Of a stretch of DNA of 49,186 nucleotides, positions 8,607 to 18,087 are shown piece by piece (position 1 is the first letter of the stretch; each line of letters opens with the position of its first letter). The DNA comes from a virus (lineage: Duplodnaviria > Caudoviricetes). The notes beneath the pieces are model-generated. The model was given only the letters and a program-made list of their open reading frames with translations, did not search any database and was not told the DNA's origin. The stretch is taken from IMG/VR virus record IMGVR_UViG_3300012665_000850, positions 1-49,186 of that record; one strand, 5' to 3'. The position numbers and the translations under genes are program-made.

Positions 8607-9192
8607 GACAATACTGCATCCAGAAATTCATTATTATAAAAATGTAATTGAAGACCCACAGGGTTTTATAAAAGAGCTAGAAGAAATGGATGAGCTTCAG
8701 CCAACAGTCTCCCAAATATCAGCATGGCAGCAATGGGATTCATCCCGTAAGGATGCAGTTTTTGGATCAATCAAAAGATGTTTTTTAAATTTGTATCAAA
8801 ACGAAACAGACGTAGATAGATCAAATTCAAAGCTTTGTTCAATTATTGCACACAATGCAATATCTATAGGAGAACAATATTCTGCAGACTCTGGAATAGA
8901 GCTAGGATACCTACCAGTTTATTTTGGTATAAATAAATACAATATAGGTGTTCACATGGGCGCTCACGTAGACGCTTATGATGGAGCACAGGATACATCT
9001 ACAGTTTCAATGGTAATGTATTTAAATGATGACTATGAGGGTGGAGAAATAGAATTCCCAGACCATGGAATATTGTTAAAGCCAGAAGCTGGAAGCGTGG
9101 TTGTCTTTTCTTCAAGAGGGATTCTGCATGACCCAAAGCCAACAATATCTGGAACAAAGTATATGGTTCCCATATTCTTTTTCAAAAGATAG
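8599..9192 (+). CDS. 2OG-Fe(II) oxygenase, prolyl hydroxylase-like
   Basis: MGAHVD, YLNDDYEGGEIEFP, LHDPKPTISGTKY. Confidence 0.88.
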   Translation: MIKTILHPEIHYYKNVIEDPQGFIKELEEMDELQPTVSQISAWQQWDSSRKDAVFGSIKRCFLNLYQNETDVDRSNSKLCSIIAHNAISIGEQYSADSGIELGYLPVYFGINKYNIGVHMGAHVDAYDGAQDTSTVSMVMYLNDDYEGGEIEFPDHGILLKPEAGSVVVFSSRGILHDPKPTISGTKYMVPIFFFKR

Positions 9193-9201
9193 ATATTAGT
9201 A

Positions 9202-9207
9202 TATAAT
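9202..9207 (+). promoter_or_regulatory. -10 box of a probable leaderless promoter
   Basis: TATAAT ending 7 nt before ATG 9214; no SD. Confidence 0.5.
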
Positions 9208-9213
9208 AAAAGA

Positions 9214-10953
9214 ATGTCGTATCAACTTAAAGTAATCAAAGATCAACCAGTAGGATTCTGGTATTTAGATGAAACCTCTGGAACTTCAGCAGCAGACTCA
9301 TCTGGATGCGGAAACTCTGGAACATACTCTGGCGGGATTACAAATGGATTAATGCCATTAATTCCAGGAGGACTACAAGGGTCATTAATTACAAATCTTA
9401 AGTCTATTTCATTCCCAATAGTAAATAATTACTATGGCAGTTCTTCATACGCAAGCCTAGCAGATAAAAATTCATTAGATAACGATTGCTCATTTGAGGT
9501 CTGGTTTTATCCAAAATTTACAACAACAAACGAAACAGTGATTTTTGGAAATGCTACAAATCTTGTTGGATTATTTTATGATGCTGGAGATATTGTATTT
9601 AAATTTGGTCAATATACAGCAAGACATACCTTGTCACATATTTCAAAATCTCACCATATAGTTGGAACATATTCTCCATCAGAAATTAAACTTTATATTG
9701 ATGGGGAGATTAAAGCTACAACATCTATTACAGACCTTCCAAGCCTTTCTCAGACGGGTTTGACGCTTAATGTGGGTCCAACCCTAAGTTCATCGGATTC
9801 TTTTATTGTAGACGCTCCTGCGGTTTATAGGCATGCATTACAAATATCAAAAATAATTAATCATTATTCTGAAATTCAGGCAATACCAGCACACCAAGTT
9901 GCATTTCCAGATAGTGGTAGGATATTTGAAATACAAGATGATAATATATCTACAGCTTACTCATATTCATATCCAGGGAACAAGCCATTAAATTATTTGA
10001 TGACAGACGGAATTTATTATAACTCTGAAGAACAATATCTTTCTATTATTAAGTCAGATCTAGGAGGATCTTCATCAGTAGAGATGACTGACTTTATTTC
10101 AATACCATCAGGGATCGAAATCAATTCTTCTAAAATTGAATGGGTTGGATCAAACGGGATTACAGTTTCAGTCAACAATCAAGAGTGTGTTAATGGCGGA
10201 GAAATACCAAACTATTCAAGGGGAAGTTTTTCTTCAGAAACTGGACTTAACATAAAGATAACAATATCTTCTTCTGATATAAGCAAATATATACCTAGAC
10301 TATATGGGCTTTCAATTACGCTATATAAGGATCAAACCGTATTTGCCTCAAACTCTGCAGACTATATAAATCATTTAAACACAGAGTCGTTTACTTTAGG
10401 AAGCAAAAAACATCCGATATTATCAAGAGATAGCCGAAATGGAGTCAAGACTTTTAGTGGCTCTGGCTTTAGCTTAAATACAGAAGAGCTAATTAGCACA
10501 GTAGAGTTTTTCTATACTCCCTCAACTTTATCAAATAGCGGGCTAGTATCCTCAGTATCTGGCACTGGAGCGGCGTCAAACTATTCTTGGGTTACCGCTG
10601 GCACAGTAAGTAAAACTAATATTGCTGGAATATATATAAATGGGATAAATAAGACATCTCAGACATTAGTATCAAATGTATTTACTGCTGGAGAAATACA
10701 CCATGTTGTAATTGTATATACTAGCCCAATATCTGGAACATTAAAGTTTAATTCATCAGCGCTAGGCTCAGTTCCAGCCACATATCAAAATATTGCATTG
10801 TACCCTTCGGCATTTGATTCCACAAAGGTTTCTGGCCATTACTCTTTATATACACAGAGAGCCGTATCTTTAGCGGATGATTCGTCGGTCACCCTGACAG
10901 AAAATGGCACTTCAGTATACAATAACGACTGGCTTGTAATACAAAACATATAA
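9214..10953 (+). CDS. LamG/concanavalin A-like domain protein, probably virion-associated
   Basis: FWYLDETSGTSAADSSG, SFEVWFYP, HHIVGTY..IKLYIDG; second HHVVIVY module near the C-terminus. Confidence 0.75.
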   Translation: MSYQLKVIKDQPVGFWYLDETSGTSAADSSGCGNSGTYSGGITNGLMPLIPGGLQGSLITNLKSISFPIVNNYYGSSSYASLADKNSLDNDCSFEVWFYPKFTTTNETVIFGNATNLVGLFYDAGDIVFKFGQYTARHTLSHISKSHHIVGTYSPSEIKLYIDGEIKATTSITDLPSLSQTGLTLNVGPTLSSSDSFIVDAPAVYRHALQISKIINHYSEIQAIPAHQVAFPDSGRIFEIQDDNISTAYSYSYPGNKPLNYLMTDGIYYNSEEQYLSIIKSDLGGSSSVEMTDFISIPSGIEINSSKIEWVGSNGITVSVNNQECVNGGEIPNYSRGSFSSETGLNIKITISSSDISKYIPRLYGLSITLYKDQTVFASNSADYINHLNTESFTLGSKKHPILSRDSRNGVKTFSGSGFSLNTEELISTVEFFYTPSTLSNSGLVSSVSGTGAASNYSWVTAGTVSKTNIAGIYINGINKTSQTLVSNVFTAGEIHHVVIVYTSPISGTLKFNSSALGSVPATYQNIALYPSAFDSTKVSGHYSLYTQRAVSLADDSSVTLTENGTSVYNNDWLVIQNI

Positions 10954-11006
10954 TTTTGTCATAAGGCATGACAAAACTAGACTTATGCTTGAGATAATGG
11001 TAAAAT
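10954..11006 (+). promoter_or_regulatory. Inverted repeat plus promoter for the head operon
   Basis: TTTTGTCAT-aaggc-ATGACAAAA (10954-10976), then TAGACT (10978-10983), 17 nt, TAAAAT (11001-11006) with extended TG. ATG at 11015. Confidence 0.55.
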
Positions 11007-11014
11007 AAAACACT

Positions 11015-11359
11015 ATGGACTTCAATAAGATAAACACAAAAGTATTAGACGAAGAGTCAACTCTAGGGATCTATGTTTGGGAAATGCCAGACGGACGATG
11101 GATTGGAGATGACGATGGAAACTATCTATCCGTTACCTCTAAAAAGGGAAATCGATCCAGAATGGACGCCCTAGCCAGAGAAGTAAAGTCTTATGGAATC
11201 TATGAAGGACAGCCACTATTCCTTTCAGCAAGAAGGAAGATTGATGATGAAGAATTTCATTATCAGCAACAAAGACTTAATCTTGGCCTAGTTCCAGATC
11301 CACTAGATATTGGAAATTATAAAGATGAGATGAAAAAGTTAGGTAATATTAGGAGATAA
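11015..11359 (+). CDS. Hypothetical protein directly upstream of the portal
   Basis: Clean 114-aa ORF behind a promoter; YVWEMPDGRWIGDDDGNYL. Confidence 0.7.
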   Translation: MDFNKINTKVLDEESTLGIYVWEMPDGRWIGDDDGNYLSVTSKKGNRSRMDALAREVKSYGIYEGQPLFLSARRKIDDEEFHYQQQRLNLGLVPDPLDIGNYKDEMKKLGNIRR

Positions 11360-11361
11360 AA

Positions 11362-12942
11362 ATGGAATTTATTAATGACGAAAGTTCACAAAATATTATT
11401 GATATTTCCAATACCGCTGACTGGTTTTCATTTAAAAAAGAAGCAACAGCAAGCAACGACCCGTTTGCCGTAGACATTGAAGAATTAAAAAAGTTTAAAG
11501 GGTTAAGCCCAGCATTTCGTAGAAAAATGAACCGTGACTTTTCAAAATCATTTACTGGAATTCAAGGCACTACAACACAGCAAAACTTGCTTGCTCAAGC
11601 AATTACTGGCTATGCTATGTTCGATCTTATTGAGCCTACATATAACTTAGAATACCTTTCAAAAATTTATGAAGTTTCAACATATAACTACGCAGCAATT
11701 AACGCAAAGGTTTCTAATATTGTTGGCTTAGGATATGACTTTATTGAAACAAAGAAAACTAACGACGCATTTGATGCAATAGAAGATGAAAAGGTTTTGG
11801 CTAGAGCACGTAAAAAGCTTGGAAAGCTTAGACAAGATTTGCAAGACTGGCTAGACACAACAAATGATGAAGATACATTTACTCAAACTTTAATTAAAGT
11901 GTACACAGATTTAGAAGCAACAGGTAACGGCTTCCTTGAAATCGGAAGAACCACCAATGGAAATATTGGTTATATAGGACACATTCCAGCAAAGACAATG
12001 AGAATAAGAAGATTGCGTGATGGCTTTATTCAATTGCTTTATGGTAAGGCTGTGTTCTTTAGAAACTTTGGAGACACAGAAACATTAAGCCCTATTGCTA
12101 CACAAGAAGAAAGACCTAACGAAGTTATTCATTTTAAAAAGTATACTCCTATGAATAACTATTATGGCATTCCAGATATTATTGCTGCACAGACAGCCCT
12201 AGCTGGAAATGAATTTTCTGGAAGATATAACCTTGACTACTTTGAAAATAAAGCGGTCCCAAGATATATCATTACCGTAAAGGGTGCAAAGCTTTCACCA
12301 GAGTCAGAAAGAAAATTGCTTGAGTTTTTTCAGGTTGGATTAAAAGGGAAAAATCATAGATCTCTTTATGTGCCTCTACCAGCAGACACCCCAGATTCAA
12401 AAGTTGAATTTAAGATGGAGCCAATTGAGGCTGGAAACCAGGAAGGCTCATTTGAGAAATATCGTAAATCAAATAGAGATGAAATCCTGCTAGCACACCG
12501 TGTCCCAATTAATAAAATTGGAACTCCAGAGGGCCTAAGCCTTGCAAATGCTCGTGATGCAGACAAGACATTTAAAGAGCAAGTTTGTCGTCCATCACAA
12601 ATGATTTTAGAAAAGAAATTAAATAGAATATTTGAAGAAAAAACAGATGCTCTTTTATTAAAATTTAATGAATTAACTTTAACAGATGAAGATACCCAGT
12701 CTAAAATAGATGAAAGATATTTAAGGATGAAGGTAATTACTCCAAATGAAGTTCGAGTCAGAAAGGGCATGATCCCAATAGATGGCGGAGACGAAATGGT
12801 TGAATTAAAGCCTCAGCAGGCAGCAGACCAAAGAGCTACTGCTGGTAAGACTAGGGGCAGAGATTCCGAAAGAGCAGCAGATTCTCCAGATAAATCTGGG
12901 GAGGGAAGAAATGCAAAGGGAGACGGAAGCAAAGTAGAGTAA
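11362..12942 (+). CDS. Portal protein
   Basis: DLEATGNGFLEI, EVIHFK..YYGIPDI, YFENKAVP, ITPNEVR; position before protease and capsid; SD AGGAG. Confidence 0.9.
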   Translation: MEFINDESSQNIIDISNTADWFSFKKEATASNDPFAVDIEELKKFKGLSPAFRRKMNRDFSKSFTGIQGTTTQQNLLAQAITGYAMFDLIEPTYNLEYLSKIYEVSTYNYAAINAKVSNIVGLGYDFIETKKTNDAFDAIEDEKVLARARKKLGKLRQDLQDWLDTTNDEDTFTQTLIKVYTDLEATGNGFLEIGRTTNGNIGYIGHIPAKTMRIRRLRDGFIQLLYGKAVFFRNFGDTETLSPIATQEERPNEVIHFKKYTPMNNYYGIPDIIAAQTALAGNEFSGRYNLDYFENKAVPRYIITVKGAKLSPESERKLLEFFQVGLKGKNHRSLYVPLPADTPDSKVEFKMEPIEAGNQEGSFEKYRKSNRDEILLAHRVPINKIGTPEGLSLANARDADKTFKEQVCRPSQMILEKKLNRIFEEKTDALLLKFNELTLTDEDTQSKIDERYLRMKVITPNEVRVRKGMIPIDGGDEMVELKPQQAADQRATAGKTRGRDSERAADSPDKSGEGRNAKGDGSKVE

Positions 12943-12961
12943 TTACTACTCAACTACTTAT

Positions 12962-12990
12962 TTGCCTTTTGATGTATACGAGTATAAAAT
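12962..12990 (+). promoter_or_regulatory. Promoter, probably leaderless, for protease/capsid
   Basis: TTGCCT (12962-12967), 17 nt, TAAAAT (12985-12990). ATG at 12998. Confidence 0.6.
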
Positions 12991-12997
12991 TAAGCAT

Positions 12998-14317
12998 ATG
13001 AATATTGAAAAATCACAATGGTCAAGTAATGGAGATAATCTACATTTATCTATTCCGTTTACTAAAGTTAACCGTGAAAAAAGAACAGTATCAGGCTTTG
13101 CTACATTAGACAATGTTGATCAAACAGGAGATGTTGTAACAGCAGAGGCAAGCACAAAAGCATTTGAAAGTTTTCGTGGAAACATTCGTGAAATGCACGG
13201 ATCACTTGCAGTTGGTAAAATGTTATCATTTAAGCCAGAGACATACTACGATCCAATCTCAAAGAATTTTTATAATGGAATTTATGTTACAACATATGTT
13301 TCAAAGGGCGCACAAGATACATGGGAAAAGGTTCTTGACGGAACTCTTTCAGGATTTTCAATTGGCGGAAAGATTACAGATTCAGATAATGAAGTTAATA
13401 AAGTCAACGGTGAAACTGTTCGTTTTATTAAGGGCTACGATTTAATTGAGCTTTCAATTGTAGACTCACCAGCAAATGAATTATGTAACATTATTTCATT
13501 TGAAAAAGTAAATGGTCAGATGATTGCCAAAGGTATTGCAACTCAGGTTGTAACAGAAAATATTTTTTATTGCGAAGAAAGCGACTCAGTTTTTGTATCA
13601 ACAGAAAAAACATTTGATTCACCAGTTTCTGGTAAGCCAGCAACACTAATAGGTTGGGTTGAAAGTTCAGATACAAATAAGTCAAAAGAAATAGATAAGA
13701 TTCTTGCTTCATTCAAGAAGTCAAGATTGTCGTTGCCTGATACACAAACAATTGCAAAACAGGCAAACGCAGAAGGAGGTAATGAAGTGTCAGAAAATAC
13801 AGAAAACGTAGTAGTTGAAGAAACTACAGCCGTTGAAGAGACTCCAGTTGTTGCAGAAGAAGCAGCACCAGTTGTCGAAGAAGCTCCTGCAGAAGAAGCA
13901 GCAGCAGACGCTCCTGCCGAAACTCTGGAAAAAGCAGCCGACGTATCAGAAGTTATGGTTGATGAACCTGATTTTGCAAAAATGTTAGGCGATCTAAAAA
14001 ACTTTTTCTCAGAGACTCTAGAAAAGTCAAACAGCACAAGCTCTGCTGAATTTACAACAGTTAAAGAAACTGTTGAATCATTTAGCAAGTCTGTTGAAGT
14101 AAAGCTTTCAGAGCAGGCAGAAGTAAACAGCGCATTAGCAAAAGCTATTGAAGAAATCAAAAACACGATTGATGGCGTACAAAAGCGTGTCGATGCAGTA
14201 GAATCAGAGACTGCAGTTAAGAAGTCCTCAGATCTTGGCGGATCTCAGGAAGTAACAATCAAAAAATCCAAATGGAACGGTTCTTTCCTCGGTTCCGTGA
14301 ACGAAATATTTAACTAA
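12998..14317 (+). CDS. Prohead (capsid maturation) protease fused to a scaffold domain
   Basis: RTVSGFATLDNVDQTGDVV, IREMH, LSGFSIGG, ELSIVDSPAN (HK97-type). Acidic and coiled-coil C-terminus. Start placed at ATG 12998 because the track's TTG lies in the -35 box. Confidence 0.85.
   Translation: MNIEKSQWSSNGDNLHLSIPFTKVNREKRTVSGFATLDNVDQTGDVVTAEASTKAFESFRGNIREMHGSLAVGKMLSFKPETYYDPISKNFYNGIYVTTYVSKGAQDTWEKVLDGTLSGFSIGGKITDSDNEVNKVNGETVRFIKGYDLIELSIVDSPANELCNIISFEKVNGQMIAKGIATQVVTENIFYCEESDSVFVSTEKTFDSPVSGKPATLIGWVESSDTNKSKEIDKILASFKKSRLSLPDTQTIAKQANAEGGNEVSENTENVVVEETTAVEETPVVAEEAAPVVEEAPAEEAAADAPAETLEKAADVSEVMVDEPDFAKMLGDLKNFFSETLEKSNSTSSAEFTTVKETVESFSKSVEVKLSEQAEVNSALAKAIEEIKNTIDGVQKRVDAVESETAVKKSSDLGGSQEVTIKKSKWNGSFLGSVNEIFN
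13787..14317 (+). CDS. Putative nested scaffolding protein from an in-frame internal start
   Basis: Strong SD AGGAGGT (13774-13780), 6 nt before an in-frame GTG at 13787 that opens the acidic EETTAVEETP region. Confidence 0.6.
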   Translation: MSENTENVVVEETTAVEETPVVAEEAAPVVEEAPAEEAAADAPAETLEKAADVSEVMVDEPDFAKMLGDLKNFFSETLEKSNSTSSAEFTTVKETVESFSKSVEVKLSEQAEVNSALAKAIEEIKNTIDGVQKRVDAVESETAVKKSSDLGGSQEVTIKKSKWNGSFLGSVNEIFN

Positions 14318-14330
14318 GGTAGGTATAAAA

Positions 14331-15380
14331 ATGAGCAATGATTTATTAAAAACTATTGCAGCAGGTACAACAGCAACAGGTACTTTCGCTTCTTCAGGGA
14401 CTGATGTAAATGGTATTCACACAGCCCAAGAAGCAGGTAACGGTGGTTTGTTAAACCCTGAGCAATCAGCTCGCTTTCTAGACTACATGTTCGACGCAAC
14501 CGTCATTGGTAAGGTCGCACGTACAGTTCGCATGAAGGCAGACACAACCGAGATTGATCGTATTGGTGTTGGCGAGAAGCTTATGAAGCTCGCTACAGAA
14601 GGAGATGACACTTCTTCAAACGCAGCAGTTACTTTCTCAAAGATCTCTCTTACAACTAAGAAGCTTCGCTTAGATTGGGAACTTTCAACTGAGTCTCTAG
14701 AAGACAACATCGAAGGTCCAGATCTAGAAGATCACATCGCAAGAATGCTTGCAACACAGGCAGGAAACGATATTGAAGATGTTATCCTTAACGGTAACAC
14801 AGCACTTACATCAGATGCACTTTATAAGGCATTCAACGGTGTAGTAAAGAAGTCCAAGACATACGGTCACGTAGTCGACGCTGGTGGAGCTGCAATTTCA
14901 CGTGCAGTATTCAACTCAGCACTTAAGGCACTTCCACGTAAGTACAAGCAACGTCGCACAGACCTTCGCTTCCTTGCTGGATCAAACTTGATCCAGGATT
15001 ACTTATACTCAACTTCACAGAACATCCAGAACGTTAACCCACAGGATATCGCTTCAGGAATCATTCGTGGAGATGTCGCACCTCTAGGTGGACCAGCAGG
15101 ATATGTAGCTCCATACGCATTTGGTATTCCAATCGTTGAAGTTCCACTTCTTCCAGAAACACAGACAGGTGACTACTCAGCAGCAACAGGTTCACACGGT
15201 GACGTACACTTAACATTCCCAAATAACGTTGTTATTGGTGTTAAGCGTGATGTAACTGTATACCGCTTCTTCTGGCCACGTAAGGACTCAATCGAGTACA
15301 CAATGTATACTCGTGTTGGCGTCCAGATCGAACAAGCAGATGCTTGGGTTGTAGTAAAGAACGTTAAGGTTGCTTCTTAA
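14331..15380 (+). CDS. Major capsid protein (HK97-like fold expected)
   Basis: GGLLNPEQSARF, LRLDWELSTESLEDNIEG, FGIPIVEVP; strongly biased codons; follows the protease; followed by a terminator. Confidence 0.9.
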   Translation: MSNDLLKTIAAGTTATGTFASSGTDVNGIHTAQEAGNGGLLNPEQSARFLDYMFDATVIGKVARTVRMKADTTEIDRIGVGEKLMKLATEGDDTSSNAAVTFSKISLTTKKLRLDWELSTESLEDNIEGPDLEDHIARMLATQAGNDIEDVILNGNTALTSDALYKAFNGVVKKSKTYGHVVDAGGAAISRAVFNSALKALPRKYKQRRTDLRFLAGSNLIQDYLYSTSQNIQNVNPQDIASGIIRGDVAPLGGPAGYVAPYAFGIPIVEVPLLPETQTGDYSAATGSHGDVHLTFPNNVVIGVKRDVTVYRFFWPRKDSIEYTMYTRVGVQIEQADAWVVVKNVKVAS

Positions 15381-15401
15381 TTAATTTAAGAATTAATCAC
15401 C

Positions 15402-15433
15402 GAAAGGCCCCCAATTAATTTTGGGGGCTTTTC
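15402..15433 (+). terminator. Intrinsic terminator after the capsid gene
   Basis: GAAAGGCCCCCAA-ttaatt-TTGGGGGCTTTTC. Confidence 0.85.
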
Positions 15434-15448
15434 ATTTAAATTCATCAA

Positions 15449-15457
15449 TGCTATAAT
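15449..15457 (+). promoter_or_regulatory. Extended -10 promoter
   Basis: TGCTATAAT just after the terminator; SD AAAGGAG before ATG 15484. Confidence 0.65.
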
Positions 15458-15483
15458 TAAATACCTAGAAAAAGGAGTAATAC

Positions 15484-15882
15484 ATGTCATTTGAGACATT
15501 AAAAGTTGCAGAGCTAAAGAAGATCGCAGAAGATTTTGCGGTAGAGACAGAAGGTCTAAAGAATAAGGCGGATGTAATTGCTGCCTTGGCAGAAGAAGGC
15601 GTTACTTATGCGGTATATGCCAAGACTCTAGAAAAGCTTGAAGAGGCGGAAGATGAATCCGAAGAAGTTCTTCCAAGATTTGATCCTAAAAAATCACAAT
15701 CTAAGGATGATGTGCTAGTTAGAATGACTAGAGCAAATTTTCGTTACGATATCTTAGGGTATACCTTTACAAAGGAACATCCATTTATTGCAATGAAAGA
15801 AGAAGACGCACAAAAAATCTTTGATATGGAGGAAGGTTTCCGTTTAGCTACACCAAGAGAAGCACAAGAGTACTATAGCTAA
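15484..15882 (+). CDS. Small protein with an N-terminal Rho-N/SAP-like helix-extension-helix motif
   Basis: FETLKVAELKKIAEDFAV..LKNKADVIAAL. Confidence 0.6.
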   Translation: MSFETLKVAELKKIAEDFAVETEGLKNKADVIAALAEEGVTYAVYAKTLEKLEEAEDESEEVLPRFDPKKSQSKDDVLVRMTRANFRYDILGYTFTKEHPFIAMKEEDAQKIFDMEEGFRLATPREAQEYYS

Positions 15883-15896
15883 CTAAACCTATTTAA

Positions 15897-16880
15897 ATGG
15901 CAGAAGTTTATATTGAAAGTAATTTCCCAGTTAAAACAAAAATATTTTATGCTGGAGAAATTATGGATGCAGACGGCAGTGTTGTAGCAAAAGTTTACGA
16001 CATTACCGAAGACCCTGCCATTACACCAGCAATTAATCCAGGAACACTTATAACTCAATTGGTTGCAACTAAATTAGAAGAAGACCTTGGAACATACAAA
16101 GTTGTATTCCCATTCTCTCTTACAACAAGGCCAAGAAAATTTAAGCTAGAGTGGACTTACGCTATTGGAAGTGAATTAGTTAAACATTATTCAACAGTAG
16201 ATGTTGTGAGACCCTATATTGATTTAGGAGATGCAATAGAGGATCTTGATTTTGGAACCGATCCTTCTGACCCAAATAACAAAACATATCATGAATTAAT
16301 TATGGCAGAAAAATGGGCTAGAAAAACTATTGAGTCATACACAGGACAGCAGTTCTATTTGTATAATGATCTTCATATTGTTTATGGAGATGGCGCAGAT
16401 TCTTTAAGACTGCCATTTAAAATTAGCGAGATACATGAACTGTATGAAAATGATATATTGTTAGTCGATACAATTAATAATATAAATAACTGGAACTACG
16501 ATACTCAGATATCTGAGAGCGGTTTTGGTATTAGAATTAATAGAGCAAACATGTTGGATAATACTGTTTATACGGCAAACGGTATGGTCCCGCCAAGCAT
16601 CAATGATACTTATAACGGTGTATTTAAAAACGGAAGTGTCTATAAGATTCAAGGTGTATACGGGTGGGATACAGTACCACAAGAAGTTAACGAAGCATGC
16701 ATACATTTAATGAGAGACTATTTCTCTAAAGATAGAAGATGGCGAGAGAAGTATCTTGCTAGCGTACAATCATTTGATTGGAATTTTAAATATAACACAG
16801 GAGCTTTCGTAGGAACTGGCAACTTATATGTGGATCAGATCCTATTGCCTTATGTCTTAACACAAATGGTTGTAATCTAA
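15897..16880 (+). CDS. Head-to-tail adaptor-like protein
   Basis: Position; ARKTIESYTGQQF and GVYGWDTVPQEVNEACIHL..VDQILLPY pattern. Confidence 0.65.
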   Translation: MAEVYIESNFPVKTKIFYAGEIMDADGSVVAKVYDITEDPAITPAINPGTLITQLVATKLEEDLGTYKVVFPFSLTTRPRKFKLEWTYAIGSELVKHYSTVDVVRPYIDLGDAIEDLDFGTDPSDPNNKTYHELIMAEKWARKTIESYTGQQFYLYNDLHIVYGDGADSLRLPFKISEIHELYENDILLVDTINNINNWNYDTQISESGFGIRINRANMLDNTVYTANGMVPPSINDTYNGVFKNGSVYKIQGVYGWDTVPQEVNEACIHLMRDYFSKDRRWREKYLASVQSFDWNFKYNTGAFVGTGNLYVDQILLPYVLTQMVVI

Positions 16881-17309
16881 ATGTTTGATATAGTAGAGGC
16901 AACATTTTCAATGAAGCTAGACCTGTATAGGCAGTCAGACGTACAAGATGCAAATACTGGTGCCATTAAAAAAGAATGGTCCTATGAAAAAACCCTTAAC
17001 TGTTATGCAAAGGGAGTCATAAGCAACTCTTCTTCTTCAAGGTCTGGGGACAGACAAGTCTTTAATAATAGATACGAGAACACCCAGTATATCGATGTTA
17101 GAACTTCAGAAAAATTAAATACAAGATTTAAAGTAACAAATATAACTGGTCCCAGCGGTAAACCGATTTGGACAGAGTTGGACTATCCCACTGAGACTCC
17201 AACAGTATTTGAAATAATTGGTTCAACTCCAATAACAGATGCCTTTGGAGAAATTTTGGGGTATAGCTCAAATCTAAAGAGATCGGAGAATCAGCAAATT
17301 GGACTCTAG
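16881..17309 (+). CDS. Head closure (stopper)-like protein
   Basis: Position and size; QDANTGAIKKEW motif. Confidence 0.55.
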   Translation: MFDIVEATFSMKLDLYRQSDVQDANTGAIKKEWSYEKTLNCYAKGVISNSSSSRSGDRQVFNNRYENTQYIDVRTSEKLNTRFKVTNITGPSGKPIWTELDYPTETPTVFEIIGSTPITDAFGEILGYSSNLKRSENQQIGL

Positions 17310-18087
17310 TCAATTATTAATGACCGCTGCCAGCGGACTTGAAAAGTTAATGTCAAATCCAACTAAGAGCAATAGCAATCTTAGGGATAGCAGCGTAGCT
17401 CAAATATCTGCAGCAATTTATTATAAGGCTAGCGTCATTTCTCAATTGACTTCAAACACCGCATTTCAAAAAAAATTTAGAGAAGTAATATACGGACAGA
17501 TAGAAAAAGACTTTGGTGACTATATTGATTCTCAAGCAAGAACAAAGCCAAAATCATTACATCATGTTTATGAGTGGAATAAGGCTGGATCACCAGAAGC
17601 AAGACTATTTAAGTTAAGATCATTTGAACATAATGCGCTGTCATTTAAAGTCGGATATGATTTTAAATTATCTAAATCAAATGTTCCCTCACCAGCAAGA
17701 TCAAAGAAATATAAGTTTGCAAATAAAGCATATGTCATGGAAAATGGCATACCTGTTACAATCGCTCCAAAGGCCGCTGAGAGACTTGTGTTTGAGGTTA
17801 ACGGTTATACTGTCTTTATGCCCAAAGGTCGCTCTATCACCGTCTCAAAGCCTGGTGGAGGTGCTGCTACGCATCAGTTCAGACTTGCGTACTCAAGATT
17901 CTTTAAAGGGAATTTAGCAGGAGACTCAATTAGAAGATCTGGGTTTCAGCAATTGTTTAATTCAAAAATGTCTAAAGCTTTAAAGGTACCAGGCGGGATA
18001 ACAAGAGTTCAATATTCTTTTTCACCAAATACAGTTAGAACACAAGCAAGCTCATCATTAAGCCAAGCATTTGGAGGATCACTATGA
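17299..18087 (+). CDS. Neck/tail-completion region protein
   Basis: Basic protein between the stopper and terminator candidates; LHHVYEW, FANKAYVMENG. Confidence 0.5.
   Translation: MDSSQLLMTAASGLEKLMSNPTKSNSNLRDSSVAQISAAIYYKASVISQLTSNTAFQKKFREVIYGQIEKDFGDYIDSQARTKPKSLHHVYEWNKAGSPEARLFKLRSFEHNALSFKVGYDFKLSKSNVPSPARSKKYKFANKAYVMENGIPVTIAPKAAERLVFEVNGYTVFMPKGRSITVSKPGGGAATHQFRLAYSRFFKGNLAGDSIRRSGFQQLFNSKMSKALKVPGGITRVQYSFSPNTVRTQASSSLSQAFGGSL

Noticed and set aside
9214-12942. Terminase, lysin or integrase genes near the head module
   Set aside because: No such motifs seen in this window; they may lie elsewhere in the genome.
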